From NCBI GenBank assembly GCA_033764315.1, contig JANRJA010000040.1, positions 1 through 13,720 of the forward strand: 13,720 nt of DNA, read 5' to 3'. How positions within the stretch are numbered: the stretch's first letter is position 1; each line of letters starts with the position of its first letter. Made by a program: the position numbers and the translations under genes. This document shows, one piece after another, positions 7,104 through 13,720 of the stretch. The notes beneath the pieces were generated by a model. It did not search any database, was not told the DNA's origin, and saw only the letters and a list, made by a program, of their open reading frames with translations. The DNA is from Oculatellaceae cyanobacterium bins.114. GTDB lineage: Bacteria; Cyanobacteriota; Cyanobacteriia; Elainellales; Elainellaceae.

Positions 7104-7943
7104 ATGATTAAGCCATTTGCTCCCTTTCCTGAAACAACCAACAACGCCATCAATAACAACCAGTTTTTAGTAGTCGAAAACTTGCAAAAAACCTATCCCA
7201 GTCCAGATGGAGGAGAAACCATTGTTCTCGACAATATAAACTTGACCATCGGTGAAAACGAATATATCTCCATCATTGGTCACTCTGGCTGCGGCAAATC
7301 TACATTGTTAAAGATTATTGCGGGGCTAGAGCGGCTGTCATCAGGGTCAGTTCGTTTGGAGGGCAATGAAATCTATAAACCTGGTGCTGAACGCATGATG
7401 GTCTTTCAACATTATTCGTTGTTGCCCTGGTTAACCGTTCGGGGAAATATTCGCTTGGCAGTGGACGAGGTATTAGATCACGTCCCTCCTAAAGAAAAAC
7501 GACGCATTGTAGATGAGCATCTGACAATGGTGAATCTGATGAGTGCAGCAGATAAATATCCGGATCAACTATCGGGTGGCATGAAACAGCGAGTGGGCAT
7601 TGCTCGGGCGTTGGCAATTCGCCCCAAGATGTTGTTGATGGATGAACCCTTTGGAGCGTTAGATGCTCTTACTCGCGGTAAGCTGCAACGTCAAGTCCTT
7701 GATATCTGGGAGAGTCACCGTCAGGCCGTCCTGATGGTAACTCATGATGTAGATGAAGCACTTTATATGTCTGATCGGATTATTATGATGACAAATGGAC
7801 CTGCGGCGACTATTGGCGAAATCGTCGAAGTACCGTTCCCCCATCCTCGCAATCTCCAGGAAATGCGTAAATCTCGTGAATATTATGAGCTACGCAACTA
7901 CATCCTAAATTTCTTGGATCAGCATTTTAGTAGCGACGAATAA
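7104..7943 (+). CDS. ABC transporter ATP-binding subunit, NrtD/CmpD-like (no NrtC/CmpC regulatory domain)
   Basis: Walker A GHSGCGKST, signature LSGGMKQR, Walker B LLMDEPFGALD, 'MVTHDVDEA', 'MMTNGPAATIGE'. ATG at 7104 follows CAGGA and is preferred over TTG at 7074. Confidence 0.93.
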   Translation: MIKPFAPFPETTNNAINNNQFLVVENLQKTYPSPDGGETIVLDNINLTIGENEYISIIGHSGCGKSTLLKIIAGLERLSSGSVRLEGNEIYKPGAERMMVFQHYSLLPWLTVRGNIRLAVDEVLDHVPPKEKRRIVDEHLTMVNLMSAADKYPDQLSGGMKQRVGIARALAIRPKMLLMDEPFGALDALTRGKLQRQVLDIWESHRQAVLMVTHDVDEALYMSDRIIMMTNGPAATIGEIVEVPFPHPRNLQEMRKSREYYELRNYILNFLDQHFSSDE

Positions 7944-8115
7944 AGTTTGTAGAGGAGAAATAGAGGAGGATAGGGGATAGAAATTTTCGCCAAACAACCT
8001 CTTGCTCGATTGCCTCTCACTCGATTCACTGCTTCACCCTAGTTTTAGGGTCAATTGAATACTCACGTCCTCTATTACTCCTCGCTCCTCACTCCTGACA
8101 AGGAAGGTATACGCT

Positions 8116-8823
8116 GTGAAAATTAAACCGATGTTGGCACGTCTAAAGAGTGCACTGGGTCAAGATCATCTGGTTGAACAGATGATCTTATTACCAGGGC
8201 AGTTTGCCTTTAATGTTGATGGCAATCAATCTAAAGAGACGGTTGATTTAGTCATTGGTTATAGCGGCTCAACCAATAGCCAAGCGGCTCTCGATTTGAC
8301 GCTGTGGATTGCCCATCAAACTCGGTTGGTGACTCAAAAACAGGTCATGGTGCATGTTGTATATGTCGTCGATCGCAGCCATAACCATGAAGTGACTCAC
8401 CGAGGGGCTAGTGCAGCGGTGCAGTTGCCTCGTCACATTCGATCTGCTCCGTTACAGCTAACCCGAACTAAAGGAGGCAATACAACCTATGCTCAGGCTG
8501 AACGGATGAATGGGCGATCGCCCCTACAGACCTCATGTTCGAGTGGCTGCTTTGACCTAGAACCTTCACCCACGGCTGTGTTAGAGCAGGCTGATTGCGT
8601 CTTGTGGCAAGCTCGATGCCTCGCCGAAGAGTGGCGTGGCTCGTTAGAGGCTCATTTACGCTTTGGTACTGTTGCAACTGAACTTCGCAATGTCGTCGAG
8701 GCAGAATCTGCCGATTTACTGGTGTTGGGTTGTAGTTCTTGCAAACACGCCCTGGTTCAGCAGTTGACAGCTCAATTTCCTTGCCCTGTGTTAGGAATTC
8801 CCACTCTCTTAGGCATTTCGTAA
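8116..8823 (+). CDS. Universal stress protein (UspA-like domain split by an internal insertion)
   Basis: '[17 protein letters not shown]...VHVVYV' N-half and 'EQAD.VL.QA...[21 protein letters not shown]...CPVLGIP' C-half. GTG start with AAGGAAGG upstream. Confidence 0.85.
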   Translation: MKIKPMLARLKSALGQDHLVEQMILLPGQFAFNVDGNQSKETVDLVIGYSGSTNSQAALDLTLWIAHQTRLVTQKQVMVHVVYVVDRSHNHEVTHRGASAAVQLPRHIRSAPLQLTRTKGGNTTYAQAERMNGRSPLQTSCSSGCFDLEPSPTAVLEQADCVLWQARCLAEEWRGSLEAHLRFGTVATELRNVVEAESADLLVLGCSSCKHALVQQLTAQFPCPVLGIPTLLGIS

Positions 8824-9092
8824 AATAATCTTAAGGTTTTATTAAGGCGCGGCATTAGACAAGAACCTCTGGAATAGTTGCAAAATTTTTGAGCCAAATG
8901 CCGCACCCTGATAGTTCAGCCAATGTTTTTTGGGGTAGCAACTGGCTACCCCTCTGCCATCTCTGAACCCCTTAATCAGGCTTGTTTAAGGGGAAAACTT
9001 TCAATTTACCTGTGGAGAATCTGGGTTTTCAGTAGAGTGCTGGGGATTCCCCAGATACAATAGTCAACAGAATCCCGGATTTGACACTGACC

Positions 9093-9896
9093 ATGACTGC
9101 CCCTTCAGACCTTAAAACAACCGAACCCACGCAAAACGGCAAATCCATTGTTGATCCTGCCGCCATTGACGATGAGATCATTGAGGATGAGGCGATCGAC
9201 GATATTGAGATGTCGCTGTTTGACCATTTAGAAGAGCTGCGACAACGAATCTTTTACGCCCTAATTGCGATTGTGCTTGGCATTGTGGGCTGTTTTGTCT
9301 TTGTCAACAAGATTGTGCAACTACTTGAAATACCCGCACAGGGAGTTAAGTTTTTGCAATTATCGCCAGGAGAATATTTCTTTGTCTCGATTAAAGTAGC
9401 TGGCTACAGCGGCTTATTGGTCGCCAGTCCTTTTGTGCTCTACCAAATTATTCAATTTGTACTGCCAGGGTTAACCCGTCGAGAGCGTCGCTTTATTGGG
9501 CCGATTGTCTTTGGTTCAAGCTTTTTGTTTGCGGGTGGTTTGTTTTTTGCCTATGTTGCGCTGATTCCGGCAGCACTCAACTTTTTTATCAATTATGGAG
9601 AAGACGTCGTTGAGCAGTTATGGTCAATCGATCGCTATTTTGAGTTTGTCTTGCTGCTACTCTTTAGCACAGGGCTAGCCTTTCAAATTCCTGTTATCCA
9701 AGTTCTGTTGGGTCTGCTAGGCATTGTTAACTCTAAGCAGATGCTATCAGGCTGGCGATATGTGATTTTAGGCGGTGCGGTGTTAGGAGCCGTCTTAACT
9801 CCTTCGACTGACCCTGTGACTCAAAGCCTATTAGCAGGTGCGATTTTGGGGCTATATTTCGGTGGCATTGGCATGACTAAATTGATCGGACGGTGA
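9093..9896 (+). CDS. tatC: Twin-arginine translocase subunit TatC
   Basis: '[14 protein letters not shown]', '[16 protein letters not shown]', '[10 protein letters not shown]', 'GLAFQIP', 'AVLTPSTDP'. Start is ATG 9093 or TTG 9081. Confidence 0.96.
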   Translation: MTAPSDLKTTEPTQNGKSIVDPAAIDDEIIEDEAIDDIEMSLFDHLEELRQRIFYALIAIVLGIVGCFVFVNKIVQLLEIPAQGVKFLQLSPGEYFFVSIKVAGYSGLLVASPFVLYQIIQFVLPGLTRRERRFIGPIVFGSSFLFAGGLFFAYVALIPAALNFFINYGEDVVEQLWSIDRYFEFVLLLLFSTGLAFQIPVIQVLLGLLGIVNSKQMLSGWRYVILGGAVLGAVLTPSTDPVTQSLLAGAILGLYFGGIGMTKLIGR

Positions 9897-10013
9897 TTTT
9901 TAAGGCAAAAGGCAATAGAAAATCACGATTTTGGACAGAGACGATTCATCGCATGATTTTTAAGGATTAATCGTACAGACGCAATTTATAGCGTTTCTAG
10001 CGTCTCTAAACGC

Positions 10014-10331
10014 TCAAAACTCTTCTAACAGCCACTCTGAGGCACGTTCTCCCAAATCAATGGGGATGTTGACCGCTTTGCCTGTGCGGGGGCGATCGCT
10101 CGTCTGTTCAATAAAAACTGCCACTTGATCAGTGCTTCCCCAGGCGTTGAGATAGTTTGAGATGGCATCTAAATGTTCTAAATATTCGCTTTCAGAAAGG
10201 GGGAAAGATGCCTGCTCCAGGTATTTCCACATAATCTGAACAAAAATCTTACCTTGAGTACGACGCAGTTGAATGTCGTACGATCGCCCCCATTTGCTGA
10301 GTAATAGTTGATGCAGATCTTCCCCAGTCAT
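10014..10331 (-). CDS. DUF3067 family protein
   Basis: 'LLLSKWGRSYDIQL...QIMWKYLEQASFPLSE.EY..HL...RPRTGKAV.IP.DLG.RASEW'. This family is commonly found next to petC in cyanobacteria. Confidence 0.88.
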   Translation of the reverse strand: MTGEDLHQLLLSKWGRSYDIQLRRTQGKIFVQIMWKYLEQASFPLSESEYLEHLDAISNYLNAWGSTDQVAVFIEQTSDRPRTGKAVNIPIDLGERASEWLLEEF

Positions 10332-10413
10332 AGTGCCCTTTAATAAATGTCAGTTCGGTTTAAGAGCCTGGCAAATGAATTTGCAGCTATTAGAGCCAAC
10401 GACAGCTCGACTG

Positions 10414-10447
10414 AGCATTGCCGAACGTCTAAGCATCGCCGAACGTC
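10414..10447. repeat. Direct repeat AGCATYGCCGAACGTC x2 (REP-like remnant)
   Basis: Copies at 10414-10429 and 10432-10447 differ at one base. Confidence 0.6.
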
Positions 10448-10591
10448 GGCGAGTTTAACTGCCAAAATCGTGATCTCGAACTCACATTAGCTCATAAGTC
10501 GCACTGAACCCCTTTGGACTTGGCGATTGTTTACGGAACCTCTGCAAAACCTAGTGCATTCATGACCGATTAGGTCAATTGCTTACTAAAC

Positions 10592-10984
10592 TTAATCCAG
10601 CTTATACACCTGAACACTTTCTTGTTCATTTGGGTCATTGCGAGATACTAGCGCGATCGCCTCTTCGGTACTACTGAGATTGACAGGTTGATGAGGCACC
10701 CCATTCGGAATGAAAATAAAATCTCCTTGCTGATTTACCACAGACTTAGAGAGATTTTTGCCATAAAAGGTTTGCACATTACCTTTTAGGAGATAGATTG
10801 CTGTTTCAAATCCATCATGAAAATGAGGTTCTGCCTTTGCACCTGGTGGAATAACTACAATATTCATCGATATGCCAGTTGCTCCAGCCGTTTTCTCTGA
10901 AATACCAACATAGTTTGGTAATCGTTGAACTGTATCGACCGCTTCCGAAGGTCTGACTGTCACTATATCTTTGTCTAGATTCAC
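10592..10984 (-). CDS. Cupin (RmlC-like) domain protein
   Basis: Cupin motif 1 'IPPGAKAEPHFHDGFETAIYLLKG' and motif 2 'GDFIFIPNGVPHQPVN' give an intact 3-His-1-Glu metal site. GTG start with a GAGG RBS. Confidence 0.88.
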   Translation of the reverse strand: MNLDKDIVTVRPSEAVDTVQRLPNYVGISEKTAGATGISMNIVVIPPGAKAEPHFHDGFETAIYLLKGNVQTFYGKNLSKSVVNQQGDFIFIPNGVPHQPVNLSSTEEAIALVSRNDPNEQESVQVYKLD

Positions 10985-11105
10985 TGAAATACCTCGCCTG
11001 TAATCATTGTGCCGCTGGCACCGTTAAACAATTTGAGAGGATTTTAACCTAACACAACTCACTCGGTCAGTTTGAGCAGATGAACTGGGTCAAAAAGTTA
11101 TCTCC

Positions 11106-11133
11106 GTAGAGGCGTTTGTCCAAACGCCCCTAC
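11106..11133. repeat. GTAG-type REP palindrome
   Basis: GTAGAGGCGTTTG-TC-CAAACGCCCCTAC. Confidence 0.7.
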
Positions 11134-11140
11134 CGCTGAT

Positions 11141-11184
11141 CTATAGCAGTCCTAAATCATGTGTGAGATTAGCAGGTTGTGAGA
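11141..11184 (+). mobile_element. Truncated MITE left end (44 bp), direct copy of 13284-13327
   Basis: CTATAGCAGTCCTAAATCATGTGTGAGATTAGCAGGTTGTGAGA is 42/44 identical to 13284-13327. Confidence 0.75.
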
Positions 11185-11528
11185 TTGCTCTGTTACCGTT
11201 ATTTGTTGCATTGACATCACTACCGACACCCCCACCCCAAGATGAACCAAACTTTTTGATCCCGAAAGTCTTCTCCACTGAGTCCGGGGGATTCGTTTCA
11301 ATGAGATAATTAAGTTTTAGGTTTTACAAAGCTGTAAAATACTTCTAGAAAAACTGTAAACCATCGCTTTCGGTAGCGAATCGCTTCCAGTCGGAGCGGT
11401 AATTTTACTCGCACTTCTTATCTTGATTTGTCCATTCTCGATTTAGAAGCAAGCTTCAGAAAGCAATAGGACTAAGTGCCTAACTACTAATTTCATTTGT
11501 TCCTCATCCATCTTCTCGTTCAACTATC

Positions 11529-12071
11529 ATGGCTCAACTCTCTGGAAATCCTGATGTACCCGATTTGGGTCGTCGCCAATTTATGAATGTGCTCTTGCTT
11601 GGGGCTGGGGCAACCACCGTTTTAGGTGCGCTCTACCCTGTGGTGAAATATTTCATTCCCCCTTCAAGTGGTGCGACCGGAGGTGGTGTTGTTGCTAAAG
11701 ATGCTCTGGGTAAAGATATTGCCGTCAGCGATTTTCTAGCCAGCCATGCGCCGGGCGAGCGTGCTTTAGCGCAAGGGTTGAAGGGCGATCCCACTTATAT
11801 TGTGGTTGAGAGTTCTGATGCGATCGCCAACTATGGCATCAGCGCAGTCTGCACTCACCTGGGTTGTGTCGTGCCTTGGAATGGCAATGAAGGAAAGTTC
11901 ATTTGCCCCTGCCACGGTTCTCAATATGACGGCACAGGTAAAGTTGTGCGTGGCCCTGCTCCTCTCTCTCTGGCACTGGCTCATGCTAATGTCACTGACG
12001 ATGGCACAATTGCTCTGACTCCTTGGACCGAAACCGATTTCCGTACAGGCGATGACCCCTGGTGGGCATAA
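11529..12071 (+). CDS. petC: Cytochrome b6f Rieske iron-sulfur subunit
   Basis: '[12 protein letters not shown]', Rieske boxes CTHLGC and CPCHGSQY, 'VRGPAPLSL', '[14 protein letters not shown]'. Confidence 0.98.
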   Translation: MAQLSGNPDVPDLGRRQFMNVLLLGAGATTVLGALYPVVKYFIPPSSGATGGGVVAKDALGKDIAVSDFLASHAPGERALAQGLKGDPTYIVVESSDAIANYGISAVCTHLGCVVPWNGNEGKFICPCHGSQYDGTGKVVRGPAPLSLALAHANVTDDGTIALTPWTETDFRTGDDPWWA

Positions 12072-12144
12072 CAAAGTGCTTTCCTGTCTGCGGCTAAACC
12101 CCCTCCTCCTGTCTAAATCCTTTGATATTGAACACACACTACAC

Positions 12145-13134
12145 ATGAAATCAACGTTTTGGTCAACGCTGTCGCTTCAGAGCGGTAAGGTTGCGATCAA
12201 GAGTGTTTTAGTGGCGATCGCCACCCTCACCCTCCTGTTAACCAGCGATCTCGCCCTACCCCAATCTGCTGCTGCTTACCCATTTTGGGCACAGCAAAAC
12301 TATGAAAGCCCTCGTGAAGCCACTGGGCGGATTGTCTGCGCTAACTGTCACTTGGCTGCAAAGCCAACTGAGGTAGAGTTGCCACAAGCCGTATTGCCCG
12401 ACACGGTTTTCAAAGCGGTGGTTAAAATTCCTTATGACACCAGCGTCCAACAAGTTCAGGCCAATGGTGAAAAAGGTCCCTTAAACGTGGGTGCAGTTTT
12501 GATGCTGCCTCCAGGGTTTAAGATCGCCCCCGAAGACCGTATTCCTGAAGAGATGAAGGAAGAAGTCGGTCCTAGCTATTTATTCCAACCTTACGCTGAG
12601 GATAAAGAAAACATTGTTTTGGTAGGTCCTTTACCGGGCGACCAATATCAAGAAATCGTTTTCCCAGTCCTCTCTCCTGATCCAAACGCTGACAAGTCGG
12701 TTTCCTTTGGCAAATATTCAGTCCATGTCGGAGCCAACCGAGGTCGGGGTCAAGTTTATCCCACTGGCGAAAAGAGCAACAACACGGTTTACAACGCATC
12801 TGTCAGTGGCACCGTGACTCAAGTTGCAAAAGGAGATGATGGCGGCTACAAAGTCACCATTCAACCCAAAGATGGCATGGCCGTCGTAGATACCATTCCT
12901 CCTGGGCCTGAGTTGTTGGTTGCTGAGGGTCAAGAGGTTGTCGCAGCGTCTGCTCTCACCGCCAACCCCAATGTGGGCGGGTTTGGTCAGGTTGATGCCG
13001 AAGTCGTCTTGCAAAATCCGATTCGTGTTGCTGGTTTAGTCGCTTTCTTAGCAGCCGTTACGGTGACTCAAATCATGCTGGTCTTGAAGAAGAAGCAGGT
13101 TGAGCGAGTTCAGGCCGCTGAAATGAACTTCTAA
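12145..13134 (+). CDS. petA: Apocytochrome f
   Basis: Signal peptide ending AAA, mature N-terminus '[25 protein letters not shown]', 'NRGRGQVYP', C-terminal TM helix and 'LKKKQVE...AEMNF'. The true start is most likely ATG 12145, not 12052. Confidence 0.98.
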   Translation: MKSTFWSTLSLQSGKVAIKSVLVAIATLTLLLTSDLALPQSAAAYPFWAQQNYESPREATGRIVCANCHLAAKPTEVELPQAVLPDTVFKAVVKIPYDTSVQQVQANGEKGPLNVGAVLMLPPGFKIAPEDRIPEEMKEEVGPSYLFQPYAEDKENIVLVGPLPGDQYQEIVFPVLSPDPNADKSVSFGKYSVHVGANRGRGQVYPTGEKSNNTVYNASVSGTVTQVAKGDDGGYKVTIQPKDGMAVVDTIPPGPELLVAEGQEVVAASALTANPNVGGFGQVDAEVVLQNPIRVAGLVAFLAAVTVTQIMLVLKKKQVERVQAAEMNF

Positions 13135-13173
13135 GCTGACACTTTTAGACGGTCACTCAAATTTTTCTCCGCT

Positions 13174-13204
13174 AGGTGGGCGATCGCGCTCACCTTTATT
13201 TTTT
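13174..13204 (+). terminator. Rho-independent terminator of petCA
   Basis: AGGTGGGCG-ATCG-CGCTCACCT stem-loop followed by a T-rich tract. A HIP1 octamer spans the loop. Confidence 0.8.
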
Positions 13205-13233
13205 GGGTATCAGGCATGGGTTGTGGGTTCTAC

Positions 13234-13261
13234 GATTTTGGATTTTGGATTTTGGATTTTG
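13234..13261. repeat. Heptamer tandem repeat (GATTTTG)x4, STRR-like
   Basis: Four exact units. Confidence 0.9.
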
Positions 13262-13283
13262 AAATGCCTATAAGGAAATGCTT

Positions 13284-13377
13284 CTATAGTAGTCCTAAAT
13301 CATTTGTGAGATTAGCAGGTTGTGAGAGGCGCACCCCGGAGGGGTGCGCCTCTCACAACCCATTTGGGGTTGCTATA
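13284..13377. mobile_element. Complete ~94-bp TATAG-ended MITE with a perfect 20-bp internal hairpin
   Basis: Ends TATAGTAGTCCTAAAT / ATTTGGGGTTGCTATA. Stem GGTTGTGAGAGGCGCACCCC-GGA-GGGGTGCGCCTCTCACAACC (13318-13360). Confidence 0.75.
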
Positions 13378-13470
13378 TAGCTTTTCCCACTTTGGTGCAG
13401 TACAGGCAAGGGGTTTAAGCTCTTTGTTCTAGAGCCTTTGATGTACTTCACCGATTCGAGAACTGCTATA
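13376..13470. mobile_element. Second TATAGC-ended MITE abutting the first at a shared TA
   Basis: TATAGCTTTTCCCACTTTGGTGCAGTACA ... TGTACTTCACCGATTCGAGAACTGCTATA form an imperfect ~29-bp terminal IR. Confidence 0.6.
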
Positions 13471-13521
13471 GTCCTCGCTCTGCCCAATTTTCAATTTCAA
13501 TCGGTATCAGGTTGAGACTTC

Positions 13522-13584
13522 AACTCAAAACTCAAAACTTAAAACTCATAACTCATAACTCATAACTTAAAACTCAAAACGTAA
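13522..13584. repeat. Heptamer tandem repeat, consensus AACTYAW, ~9 units, STRR-like
   Basis: AACTCAA AACTCAA AACTTAA AACTCAT AACTCAT AACTCAT AACTTAA AACTCAA AACGTAA. Confidence 0.9.
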
Positions 13585-13720
13585 CTACTCAGGCTGAAGA
13601 ATTAGGGGAATGGGATGTCCCAGGAATAGCTGTTCTAGGGCATCAAGTAGAGGATGCCCCTGCTTTTTAAGAGTGGAAAGATAGCCCCGAATCCGACCAA
13701 AGCTTTGTGCTCCTGCCTCT

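Noticed and set aside
4536-7943. Calling the cluster nrtABCD, cmpABCD or cynABD
   Set aside because: Gene order differs, no C subunit is present, pocket motifs diverge, and no nirA, narB or cynS is adjacent.
8932-8993. Hairpins GGGGTAGC/GCTACCCC and CCCCTTAA/TTAAGGGG as a USP terminator
   Set aside because: The stems are real, but neither is followed by a U-tract on the + strand, so no function can be assigned.
5557-12071. Functional Tat cluster (Tat-signal binding protein, tatC, PetC)
   Set aside because: tatC near petC is ordinary cyanobacterial synteny, and twin-arginine signals are normal for NrtA/CmpA proteins.
12052-12144. 31-aa N-terminal extension of PetA in the ORF track
   Set aside because: It overlaps the petC end, and ATG 12145 gives a normal signal peptide.
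1288-13014. Short ORFs nested in or antisense to larger genes (e.g. 1288-1560, 3255-3494, 4757-4996, 5829-6035, 6292-6672, 6719-7006, 7659-7844, 8468-8677, 11766-12146, 12718-13014)
   Set aside because: Shadow frames of well-supported genes with no recognisable motifs.
13234-13584. CRISPR array
   Set aside because: The repeats are contiguous heptamers or hairpins without unique spacers, and no cas genes are present.
13640-13720. Possible IS200/IS605-type end hairpin near the right edge
   Set aside because: Too degenerate and cut by the window edge to support.

Overview
Cyanobacterial chromosomal window, probably from a filamentous strain: about a dozen HIP1 GCGATCGC octamers, heptamer tandem repeats and petCA. 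Left to right: (1) a ~490-bp pile-up of mobile DNA (start and left end of an IS5-like transposase, REP-like hairpins, nested MITEs) that truncates a small membrane-protein gene; (2) a 64-aa orphan ORF behind a canonical-looking NtcA promoter; (3) a CbbR-subfamily LysR regulator (CmpR/NdhR type) with an ATAG-N8-CTAT box just upstream; (4) a CX5R dual-specificity phosphatase; (5) a c-di-AMP (ydaO/yuaA) riboswitch leading a three-gene NrtA/CmpA-family ABC importer (permease, Tat lipoprotein binding protein, ATPase), followed by a universal stress protein; (6) tatC, DUF3067, a cupin, petC and petA, then a terminator, MITEs and heptamer repeats. The most interesting element is the riboswitch-controlled importer. 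A plausible Shine-Dalgarno-sequestering switch can be read from the sequence, and the binding-pocket motifs match neither NrtA nor CmpA as I recall them. All family calls come from motif recognition, not database searches.
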